A stretch of 64,000 nt of DNA from positions 266,662,001 to 266,726,000 of the forward strand of contig OZ024741.1 of the NCBI GenBank assembly GCA_964016885.1. The letters run 5' to 3'. The DNA comes from Eledone cirrhosa. Lineage: Eukaryota. Position 1 is the stretch's first letter, and every line of letters begins with the position of its first letter. This document shows, in pieces, positions 27,391 to 38,760 of this stretch. Made by a program: the position numbers and the translations under genes. The notes below the pieces were generated by a model that saw only the letters and a list, made by a program, of their open reading frames with translations, was not told the origin of the DNA and did not search any database.

Positions 27391-29408
27391 TCCATTTAGA
27401 TATAAACATTTAGAAAAGATTATTATACATCATAAAGCTGAGAGTGATCTAAGATAGGCTACTAATAATAGTTAATGGGTTCCCAGATAATAGACAGCTA
27501 CTTTAGATTTGTGTAAATTTGGTAGTTCTTATGTGAAAAAACTTTAGGTCATTGTTTTTGTGCCTTAAATTAAGGGTCAGGGCTAGCAATTCTGGGCTCC
27601 CACTCTCATCTCCTTTACCAAGTGGCTCTGCATGAAAGTTCTGCTTCTATCAAGTATTTATTTTGTTTCTCTGTGGGTTTTCTCTGGTTTCTTCATCTCC
27701 ATATAATAATCGCTTCATCAATTTTAAGCATGGCTTTCTTTACAGTATGAAGCTTCCATGTTTTCTTTTTCTTTCATTGAAATGGCATTCATTGAGCTTT
27801 TCACTGTTTAAAACATTATTTATTATTCTTTTTGTTGGTGATGTTTGTACTTGGATTATTTCTTTTGTTTTATTTTTTCCCCTTACATTATCAATATGGT
27901 CATCTCTGCTGCTGTTGTATTTTTCTGGGATATAATCATATTGAATATTCTATGGGGTCCTTTTTAAATGAAAAGGATGAAAAATACGCACATACATACT
28001 CAACACAGGTAGACCTGAGATACAGATATTATTTTAATTTATCTGAAATATCTTGGAAGAAGTTAAATTACAATGAAAATAAAAAAAGGAAAATTAGTAG
28101 AGAAATATCTTGAATTAGCTCCTAGATACACAAGTAAAGTATGAACTTGTTACATATGGCATGTCTTTGGCATTTTAAACCTGACAGAACCCATCCCTCT
28201 CCAGGTCTGAACATAATTGGTTTCTTCCAGAGGAGAGTGTGTGAGAAAGATATAGAGAAAGAATCAACTCCAGTACTGGAGTGGTACTTTTTTTATCAAC
28301 CTAGATAAGTTGACCTTGGCAGAGCTGGAACAAATGCTGCAAAGCATTCTATTTAATGTTGTAATGAATCTGCCAGTCCATCACCTTCCAAATACACACA
28401 TTTATTTGTTAAATACATCACCAGAGAGTTCACATATTGTGTCATCTTTTTACACAGCCAATGTGGTGTGTAGAGATCACCTAGGGTTATTAACCCTTTC
28501 ATAAAGATATTTCTAACAATTATATTTCAACGATCAAAATTAGGAATTATGTAAGGTTTAGTGAAATATTTAACCTTTTTTGTTAGCATATTTATGGTGA
28601 AAGACACTTCCTATGATTTACAAATAATTTTGAAAATAATCGAGAATTTGGAAGGATTTAATAATGTAACTAACTTTCTCATGATTAAGTTAGTGTTTGA
28701 AATGTAACTTCAAAAAAGTTCTTATATATAGATTACGGAAGTCACCAAATTTATTTTAGTGACCTGCAGCCATAGCTCAATAAAATAGCAAGTATGCAGT
28801 TGATTGGCTGTGCGTTGTATTACAGAGCAAACACAACTGGTTAATAAGTTTTATGGTAGTTATTAGGTATTGGTTACACTTGAAATTATGAGGGAAAGTT
28901 TTTAGATAAATATAAACACTTTAAAAGAACCAGCTCAATAGCATTAAATCAGTCATTTTCAGGCAGTTTGTTTCAAAAAGAGTTAATTACTGAAATATAT
29001 TATCTAACATGAAATAATGAAATTTCAAAGGTTTGAATTTATCATTTGAACCCTTTAATAGAAGCAGTTTCAGTCAAGTTGGTGTTTAAAGGGTTAATTC
29101 AAGGTTTATTTGGGACAGAAACAATCTAAAAATTCTATTGTCTAATTGAAATGTTTGTTCTACCAGGAGGAGAACTTCTATCACCAAGCTTACAAAACTC
29201 TAATATTTAATTACCAAATTATTGAGAGCAGTAAAAGAATAAAAGAATATATTTGTATATTTTTTGAAGTACAACAATGGCATGTGTCTTCACCATATGT
29301 TAAACAACTTTCTCTTTCAGATTTCATTTATATATATTCTTTCTTTTGGGGGTTTTTTTTCACAGCAAATTTTATTTTTGTGTCTAGAAATAATTATTTT
29401 TCAGGGTC

Positions 29409-29457
<49 letters not shown>

Positions 29458-29474
29458 CTTTCTTCCTCCCCCAG

Positions 29475-29503
29475 CAGTCTCTACTTACAAAACTCTGGCA
29501 TGA
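29475..29503 (+). CDS. Candidate second alternative last exon (AVSTYKTLA*)
   Basis: Long poly-T tract then tcttcctcccccag|CA. The phase-1 frame ends at TGA 29501-29503. Confidence 0.3.
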
Positions 29504-29605
29504 TACCATCTGTGGTTGGAATAAGCCAAACTTAAACAACATACACTCTTATAATTACAATGTTTTAACATAAACTGCTGATCTACTTTCTAGCTAAGAG
29601 AGTTT

Positions 29606-30506
29606 AAGTTACTCCTATAATATACTGTACAGTTCAACATTTAACCCTAAGTTACCTCTAGAATATATTGTACAGTTCAACATTTAACCCTAAGTTACCT
29701 CTAGAATATATTGTACAGTTCAACATTTAACCCTGAGTTACCTCTAGAATATATTGTACAGTTCAACATTTAACCCTGAGTTACCTCTAGAATATATTGT
29801 ACAGTTCAACATTTAACCCTAAGTTACTTCTAGAATATATTGCACAGTGGTTCAACATTTAACCCTGAGTTACTCCTAGAGTATATTGTACAGTGGTTCA
29901 ACATTTAACCCTGAGTTACTCCTAGAATATATTGTACGGTGGTTCAACATTTAACCCTGAGTTACTCCTAGAATATATTGTACGGTGGTTCAACATTTAA
30001 CCCTGAGTTACTCCTAGAATATATTGTACGGTGGTTCAACATTTAACCCTGAGTTACTCCTAGAATATATTGTACGGTGGTTCAACATTTAACCCTGAGT
30101 TACTCCTAGAATATATTGTACGGTGGTTCAACATTTAACCCTGAGTTACTCCTAGAGTATATTGTACGGTGGTTCAACATTTAACCCTGAGTTACTCCTA
30201 GAGTATATTGTACGGTGGTTCAACATTTAACCCTGAGTTACTCCTAGAGTATATTGTACGGTGGTTCAACATTTAACCCTGAGTTACTCCTAGAATATAT
30301 TGTACGGTGGTTCAACATTTAACCCTGAGTTACTCCTAGAATATATTGTACGGTGGTTCAACATTTAACCCTGAGTTACTCCTAGAATATATTGTACGGT
30401 GGTTCAACATTTAACCCTGAGTTACTCCTAGAATATATTGTACGGTGGTTCAACATTTAACCCTGAGTTACTCCTAGAATATATTGTACGGTGGTTCAAC
30501 ATTTAA
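29606..30506. repeat. Minisatellite, 43-46-bp unit, ~20 copies
   Basis: Unit gagttactcctagaatatattgtacggtggttcaacatttaaccct; no spacers. Confidence 0.97.
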
Positions 30507-31024
30507 TTTTATCCCTACCAGATTTATGAAAAAAGATGTTGAAAAATAATCAAGTATTTTTAAGGATTTAGTAAAATAGCTTAAAGTTTTCATTGTTGAA
30601 TATATTATTTAGGATATAACTTCACAAAGGTTCTTACATAAAATTATGATGGAATGTTTATATATATACACATACACTTCAACCTTATTGCATTACCATA
30701 TTTCTTATGAAAGACAGATTTTCTTTCCTTCTTCAAATATTTAATTGAATTGAACTAAATGTTTATTGCTGAAGGTAGCTGATACACACACTACCTTCCT
30801 CTCGCATCATTTTTATAAATTTATGTACAACTTTGTTTCAAGCCACATCTTGCATGCTTATCTTCAATTGTAGTTTCATCTTACCACACTTTTTATTCTT
30901 TATTTGCTAACACTTCTAATGTTCCGTATTATTTAGTAGTTTAACTTTTCCTGTTTAATTTACCAAAATGTACACCAGCTTAACCCACCTTCCTAAACAG
31001 CATTTGCAGCTGTCTATTTATCTA

Positions 31025-31061
<37 letters not shown>

Positions 31062-32159
31062 GAAAGTCTCAGTTGATTAAAGTTTCTTTCCACTTGTCAT
31101 ATTTAGAATATAGTCTCACATTCTGAATACCTTGGGTGGACAATGACTGAAATCAACTGATAACCCTCAATTTTAAAATCCTCAAGGATTTCACCTCTAA
31201 AATGGATAACATTTATAGGTTTAGCTGGCCTCTTTCAAGGTTGTGTTTCTTGAGTGTTTTAATAATAATAGGCCCTTCGTCTAAAAAAAAGGGGGGGGGG
31301 GGAAGGAAGTGTCTTGCTCAAGAACACAACTGGCTGTCTGGTCCAGAAATTGAATCCATGACCTTATGATTGTGAGTCCAACACTCTAACCACGAGGCTA
31401 CACTGGCATCCACTCATTGTTGACACCCAGAATCAGTACATTATTCCATGGAGCATCTTGTGTGTTATGAACAAGACCTTCATGTTGTTTGTATATCTGG
31501 CTTTGCTGCAGTTGAGATTCCATAGTTTTGTAATGAACATGCAGCCATAGCAAACAGCTGAAAGATGGAGCATATGAGCAAGTCATGGTCATCTGATCTA
31601 TCTAGCCTCATAACATGACAGCCTGTCTAACCCATGTAAGCATGGAAAATAGATGTTAAACGGTGATGGAGAAATAAATTCTGTTGCTCAACTGTTATCC
31701 CACTGTTCAGTAATGTATTCTGCTGACAGGGATCTCAGGCCTTTGATATCTTTCTTATCAAACCATGTTTATTTATGACATGCTGTAGCAAATCTGTGTT
31801 TCATTAGTGCACTGGAAATATAAACACACACACACACACACTTCATTATTGTTCATTTTTCCATGATGGCATAAATTAAAAGGGTTATCACTGACCAGTT
31901 CAGTACTTAAGCTACTGGTCCTCCCAGATTGGCTGGGGGCCCATATCTTTCCTACATCAATCTTCTCATCATGAACAAATTGATATTTAAAAGAAAATGT
32001 CTTGGATTTACTACTAAGTGGTTTCCTTATCATGCTATCAAGGTTTGTGAAGGAAATTTACCTTTCCCCAAAGTTGGTCCCCATTTTGATAAATCCAATA
32101 TTCCTATGTGTTGACTATTTGTGCATGTGCCCTACACTCTTTGTCTGCATGTTTGCCAG

Positions 32160-32222
32160 CTTCACATCCAACTATCAATGTCCAGCGAACTGAATCTGAG
32201 AAGCAACCACGTGCACCTGAAA
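32160..32222 (+). CDS. hts: Adducin tail cassette exon (ASHPTINVQRTESEKQPRAPE)
   Basis: tttgccag|CT...GAAA|gtaagt (consensus donor), 63 nt, phase 1-1. Confidence 0.8.
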
Positions 32223-32237
32223 GTAAGTCACTTTGAG

Positions 32238-32685
32238 TCTCTCTCTCCCCCCTCTTGCTCTCTCTCTTCCCCCTCTTGCTCTCTCTCTTCCCCCTCTTGC
32301 TCTCTCTCTTCCCCCTCTTGCTCTCTCTCTCTCCTCTTGCTCTCTCCCTCTCTCTCTCCTCTTGCTCTCTCCCTCTCTCTTCTTGCTCTCTCCCTCTCAC
32401 CTCTTGCTCTCTCCCTCTCACCTCTTGCTCTCTCCCTCTCACCTCTTGCTCTCTCCCTCTCTCCTCTTGCTCTCCCTCTCTCCTCTTGCTCTCTCTCTCT
32501 TGCTCTCTCTCTCTCTCTCTCTCCTCTTGCTCTCTCTCTCTCTCTCCTCTTGCTCTCTCTCTCTCTCTCCTCTTGCTCTCTCTCTCTCTCTCTTGCTCTC
32601 TCTCTTGCTCTCTCTCTCTCTCTCTCTCTTGCTCTCTCTCTCCTCTTGCTCTCTCTCTCCTCTTGCTCTCTCTCTCCTCTTGCTC

Positions 32686-32719
<34 letters not shown>

Positions 32720-32752
32720 CTCTCTCGCTCTCTCCTCTTGCTCTCTCTCTTC
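32238..32752. repeat. CT-rich compound microsatellite (ctcttgctctctct)n
   Basis: Direct inspection. Source of the spurious RE-rich and SL-rich ORFs. Confidence 0.97.
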
Positions 32753-33746
32753 CATCTAATACCCACATCTTTGTCCAGGTGTACATGTGCTGCCCCACTT
32801 CTCACCCCACCCGCTACTATTTATGAACCTATAAACCAGTGCTCAATATTTTATCCCAATCTGTTATATTTCTAATGAAAAGCACTGCCCATTATTTTCA
32901 AATAATCAAGAAAATGGAGTGAGTGATTGGAACATTACTTAACAAAGGTTCTTACATGGAAATATGATGGAAGTTTTTCAGATACTTATAAACTCATTAA
33001 AAAACATAATTTTGTACCATAAAACCTTGTCTTTACACAGTGAGGCAATTCTCTCGATCTCCAGCCAAACCCTTCTACTGTTACGTTGTTAGTCCTTAAA
33101 ATGTACACCCAGACGTGTATATATATATATATTGTATATTATATTATTTATTTATGTTCATACATGGAACAAAAGTGCTATCCAGGGTTTCAATGCTCAA
33201 ATTTGAACATGCCTCCATAATACAAGAGGCATCAAATTAGTGACCTTCAGGCACATATGAATTTTCCATTTCACACCTATGGATGTTGCTTCACGCACGC
33301 ACACGTGTGTGTGTGTGTGTATATAAAATTATCATTATGTAACATCAATTTCTCCTACTAGCAAGGGTTAGACTATATACATACTATAGTGAACAGAAAA
33401 CAATGGAATTCTTTTCAAAGCCACAATTATTCAGTTCTCCGTACACAGTTTCAATATAATTTTGAATATATATAGTGTGTGTTGATAGGATATTGAAACA
33501 ATGGTTTTCTTTTCCCTCCACCGCCTCCCTTTTCCCACCCTCTCCACCAGATACTGTATATCCCTTCCTATGCTGCTTCTATTTTGTAGTCTTTCTATGG
33601 CAGTTTCTGTTATCACCAACATTTCTGTCATTCCTTTTTGCATGTTTTTTTAGTCTTTCTTTATGTTCCAATGCCTCTGCTTATTTTCTGCATGACTTCT
33701 GTTGCCTGTCCTGCTTCATGATGCATGTCTTGTTCTGTTTGTGTAG

Positions 33747-33803
33747 TGATCCAGGAACTGCAGAGACGCAACTTGGAGCGGTCAAAATCAGATCGCAAGT
33801 ATG
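33747..33803 (+). CDS. hts: Adducin tail cassette exon (xIQELQRRNLERSKSDRKY)
   Basis: gtgtag|TG...TATG|gtaaga, 57 nt, phase 1-1. Three TGCATG motifs within 110 nt upstream. Confidence 0.8.
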
Positions 33804-34829
33804 GTAAGACTAACTATCTTCCTTTTGTTGACCATGATATATCCTCGCTCGCACTTTTCACACCAAGCTTGAAATGTAGCGTAGAAGGATTCCAGGATTT
33901 TGTAGAGCTACTGGAAATGGTTTCACATTGATATTATACAATTTATCCTTACTCACACTTCTGACACCAAGCTTTAACCCTTTTGTGACAACATACCTTA
34001 TTAAATATGCTATCTTAATTAATTACTGAAGAATTTAGAGGTATTTATTTAAAATTATTATTTCAGTATTAAGATGGTGTCTGTAACATCAAAAGATTTT
34101 AATTTAAATAGGAACCCTTTAAAATTGATTGGTGGTGTGCAGCATGCTGGCATGAAATTGGTTAAATTAACTTTGGAGCATTCAAGAGTTTGTAGAGCTA
34201 TTGTCAGTATGTTTCTATATTGATTAGTAAACTGTGTACAAAGTGTTTTGTTCAGAGAAGTGTCAGATATAAACCATTTTTACATATGCGCATATATATA
34301 TATCTCTATATATATAATGTACAGAATAAGTGTGTGTGTGTGTATAATGTACAGAATGAGTATATGTATATATAATACAGAATGAGATTTTAACTCTTTC
34401 ATTCCCATATTTCGAATGAAATATGCTGCCTGTGATTTTCAAAACCTTTTGAAAAGTATCAAGAATTTAGGAGGGATTTAGTAATATAACCAACTTAGGC
34501 ATAATTAAGCTGGTGTTTGAACATAACTAAGTTCCTTGCATAAGAAATGGGAGGTTATTTTGATAAGTGTAAAGTGTGTGTCATCATCATCATCGTCCAG
34601 CCTATTTTCAATGACTCTTTTATAAAAATAGAGATCAATAAAATAAGTACCAGACTCTAATAAATGCTGGGGTCAATATAATTGGCTAAATTCCTTGAAG
34701 GTGATGCTCCTACATGGCCATAGTCTGACAGAAATTAGTAAAAGAATAAAAAGTCATACTTCATTGATTGAACATCAATGCGAAAAAGGGTTCATTTATC
34801 CTCAATTTATAATTTGCTTTGTGTGGTGA

Positions 34830-35150
34830 TAGCTGGGAGAGGATAATAATGAATTGCAGAGGAGTGATGGGAATAAAAACAGTGGTGAATGTTATGAAGA
34901 GAAATTGAATGAGATGGCTGGGTCATGTGTTGGGGAAGAATGGGAGTTACTGGGAATAGAGCTAGTGATGAATCTTGTGGAGAGAAATGGGATGAGATGG
35001 TTGGGTTATCTGTTGAGGAAGGATGAAAGTAACTGGGTGAGAGGAGAGTGAATGAGGGAGAAAACTAAGAAAGACATGACTAAAGATGATAGATGAGGAA
35101 ATAAAAACCAGGTGGTTCATGAAAATAGATGCAGACAATAGGGCAAAATG
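34830..35150 (+). mobile_element. RTE-like LINE fragment
   Basis: RNGMRWLGYLLRKDESNWVR resembles the RTE C-terminal RLRWxGHxxR motif. Confidence 0.55.
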
Positions 35151-35994
35151 AAGTTTGTTATAGGGCCTATTGTGATGGTGACAGTGTTGTGTATATTATA
35201 TGTGATGGAAGAAACAAACTTTATATTTCTGCTGCATGCAAGCTGCACATTTGCAGTAGACCTTTTATTACAGCACTATATATAACTGCTTATATTTTAC
35301 AGCACTATTTCATGTTTAAATGTATATTAATGTACATATTTGATCAATTACCAGTCCAAGGGAGGTGGATTGGCAGAATTGTTAGTCAGATAGGATGCTT
35401 TGCAGTATCTGAAACAGCTCTGTGCATTCTGAGTTCAAATCCTACCTCCTTCTGCCAGTTGTGACCGGCAGACAGTATCACCAATGGAAACATCATTACC
35501 ATGGTCCAATCAGACAGTCGGCTTCTTTCCTTTTTTTCATGTTTAAATGTTTAAATGTACATTAATGTACTCACTGCATGCAGGCTGCACTTTTGCAGTA
35601 GATATATATATATATATATATACACATATATATATATATAATTACAGCACCAATGTACATCTTTAAATGAACAAGAAAAATGTACTCACCAAGAAATATT
35701 TCTTTTTATCTGCTCTGCATGGCTGTTTAAATGTTTTCTTTGAGCTCTTGTTTAGAGAAATTGATGTAAACCACAGATGCCAGTGGTTTTATTTTCTCTC
35801 CCATATTGACAGATTTCCCTATTTAAAACTGACCATGAGTTTAAACTGATCTTCTATTCAGCTGACATATCTCCCCAAACACCAGATTGGTTGTTGTCTT
35901 TCTTTAACCAAATTTTGACGTTGTTGTTGTTGTTATATGAAGGTGGTGTTCTTTGAATCATTTCACTTACACCTGCCTGCTTTCTTTTTAACAG

Positions 35995-36104
35995 GGGAGA
36001 AGAAAGATGATGACAAACCAGGTTCCCCTGCCAAGTCTGATACACTGAGATCAACAGATAGTGCTAGTGGAGGTGAGACTCTTGATGACAGGAGCAGCAA
36101 GGAG
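35995..36104 (+). CDS. hts: Adducin penultimate exon (GEKKDDDKPGSPAKSDTLRSTDSASGGETLDDRSSKE)
   Basis: tttttaacag|GG...GGAG|gtgagc, 110 nt, phase 1 to phase 0, which joins the terminal exon frame. Confidence 0.88.
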
Positions 36105-36679
36105 GTGAGCCACATTAAACCTTTCATTACCATATTTCCAATGAAATACACTATATATATGTGTGACAATGAATCTTGAAAATAAACAAAGAATTTATAG
36201 TGGTTTAGTGAAATAACTGCCCTTTTCATCAGATTGATTGTATTAAGAACATATTGTAAGAAAAGGTTCTTGCTTAGAATTATAATGGATGGGAAATTTT
36301 AATATATATCTCTTTACAATTAGATGTTTAATATCATAAACCTATAGGTGGTTTCAGGTGGGTTGGTATCCAAAGGGTTATTTTTTTTAATGTTAACCTG
36401 CCTGAGACTCTCATTAATAAAGTAAATTTAAATCTCATTATGTGAATGACACTGTGAAATTTGAGTTGGTCAACACGAATGTGTGTGTGTGTGCTCACTT
36501 AAAGCTGAACTGCTAACATTCTGTTCTAAACTATGGCGGGCATATCAAAAACAATAATATTACACTTTAATACCTGTCTGATGACATATCAAATGATTAT
36601 TATGTAACCACTTTGATATCTTCGAAATATGCATAACATGATTACATAATAAACAGATGTATACATAAGACCGTCTCTT

Positions 36680-36722
<43 letters not shown>

Positions 36723-36835
36723 CATACATACACTGACATGTGTGTCACTGCAGTGCCCCAACAACTTTATCAGGAATTGTAAGTTCATACATACAGAGAT
36801 GACCACATTTAAGATAACATTATTTTGTCACCAAA

Positions 36836-37026
36836 GGGTGGTGGATTGGCAGTATCGGTAGAGGGTTGGACGCCATGCTTTGACGCATAGTTATGGCCCT
36901 TGCCATTCTGAGTTCAAATCCCGCCGAGGTTAACTTTGCCTTTCATCCTTATGGGGTCGATAAAATAAAGTACCAGTAATACACTGGGTAATTGCTGGCC
37001 TCTTGCCAAAAGTAGAAACAATTATT
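36836..37026 (+). mobile_element. Well-preserved family A tRNA-derived SINE (Meta/Sauria-like core)
   Basis: A-box tggcagtatcgg, B-box gagttcaaatcc, core gcctttcatccttatggggtcgataaaataaagtaccag, attatt tail. Confidence 0.88.
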
Positions 37027-37081
37027 TTGTCACCATATCATATATTTGCAGTTGGTGACTTTTTTTTTTTTATCATTGCAG

Positions 37082-37186
37082 GGCTCTCCTACCAAGGAAA
37101 ATCCTTCATCAACAAAGGAGAAGAAGAAGAAGAAGAAATTCCATATTCCATCCTTCTCAAAAAAGAAGAGGGAAGCCAAGGAGTAG
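37082..37186 (+). CDS. hts: Adducin terminal coding exon with MARCKS-homology domain (GSPTKENPSSTKEKKKKKKFHIPSFSKKKREAKE*)
   Basis: cattgcag|GGC...TAG. KKKKKKFHIPSFSKKK matches the adducin C-terminal motif KKKKKFRTPSFLKK. Confidence 0.95.
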   Translation, partial: GSPTKENPSSTKEKKKKKKFHIPSFSKKKREAKE

Positions 37187-38668
37187 GACTCGCTGTTGTT
37201 TCTGTTGTTGTTGTTGTCGTTGTCAGTATGGGTGGTGGCCAGCTGGAGTTACCACAATATATGTGCCCTTTGTTTTGGAGGGCCAGGAGTGGCTTTCTGT
37301 CCCACTTCTGTCTGTCTGTCTATTTTGTCAGATACTGGAGCATTGCAAGCCATGTCCAAGCCACTCCAAACATACATGCACACACATACATACACACACA
37401 AACACATGAATAATAATACTGTATTTCCCATTGAGGTCCTCTGGGGGACTTTATATAAAACTAAGCCACACATCTACCTTGATGTTCAGTGGCTCACCTG
37501 GTGTTGACATGCAATCTTCATTGATCAGCATTTCTGAATTTTAAACAACCAACCCAATTCAACCCGATCTGCTCTTGTCACTATTTCTACTAGTAGATGT
37601 AACATCCCCTTTAGCTAAACTTCCCAAATTATAAACCTGCTCAAAGTATTTTCCCATCTATAGTTTTATTCCTGTCTCCTATAATCATATACATACATCA
37701 TTGTGTGTGTGTGTGTGTATGTATGCATGCATATGTGTATGTATGTGTTTACACATACATACCTTTACAAATGCACACATATCTTCAATCCTCTATATAT
37801 GAAGTATGAGCATTTTTAAAAGAAAGATTTCAATAAGTTATTTTCTGTAGACGTTCTTCAAACTATATAGAATGTGACCAACCTGCTTGAATGTTGGTTT
37901 CTTCTGGTTTATATCTTACTTTTAGCTTTGATTTGATTTCAAAGAAGAATGAAAAAGGAGTAAAATCTCTAGGCCCAACTATTTCTCTTCCTTTTCTCCA
38001 AATACACACACTTTGTAAAGCCATTACATATATACACACACATGTAGCAATATTGGAATACTAGCAGCAACATGTTGGAATAGTGGAATAGGAGCAACAT
38101 GTAGGAATAGTGGATCAATGACATGTAGGAATATTGGAGTACTAGTGACATGTTGGAATAGTGGATCAATGACATGTAGGGATATTGGAGTACTAGCAGC
38201 AACATGTTGGAATAGGGGCAACATGTAGGAATATTAGAATAATAGTAGCAACAATGAAGTATAAATATGTTGGGATGGTGAAGAAAGAACAACATACTAG
38301 AAATTATAACAATGTTGTTAATCTACAAAAAAAAAAAGTATCATGAACAAAATCACAAAAGACAATTGCTGATTATTCATACCTTATATTTTTATTTTCT
38401 CAGTTTTTATTATTTCTCACCCCATTTTCGATAGCATTTGTGAAACTTTTCTGTTTGTTTTTTTCTTTTTTTTTTTTTATTATTTCAAGGGGAGAGACTT
38501 GTCCCAGCTGGCCACCTACAAACAAACACACACACACAGATATATATATATATGTATACACATATGTATATATATATACACACTGTGGTGCATGTACCCA
38601 TGATGCATGCATTCAACACGACAACTTCACTGCGATGCAATGTCTGTCTGTCTATATCTCTCTTTATC

Positions 38669-38711
<43 letters not shown>

Positions 38712-38727
38712 CTATGTATATATATAT

Positions 38728-38760
<33 letters not shown>

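Noticed and set aside
29606-30506. CRISPR-like regular array (also 47156-47698 and 19455-19983)
   Set aside because: Units are contiguous with no unique spacers, there are no cas genes, and the context is eukaryotic. These are minisatellites.
32104-32875. 200+ aa RE-rich and SL-rich ORFs
   Set aside because: Artefacts of the CT/AG repeat. Only 32160-32222 has splice signals.
35459-35520. Possible extra exon (DSITNGNIITMVQSD)
   Set aside because: The acceptor lies at the end of a SINE fragment and there is no convincing donor.
36836-36930. tRNA-like A/B boxes (also 58670-58730 and 11965-12030)
   Set aside because: No cloverleaf, and each continues into a repeated SINE body.
37003-37413. 136-aa ORF overlapping the terminal exon
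   Set aside because: Wrong frame, and it starts inside a SINE. The adducin motif is in another frame.
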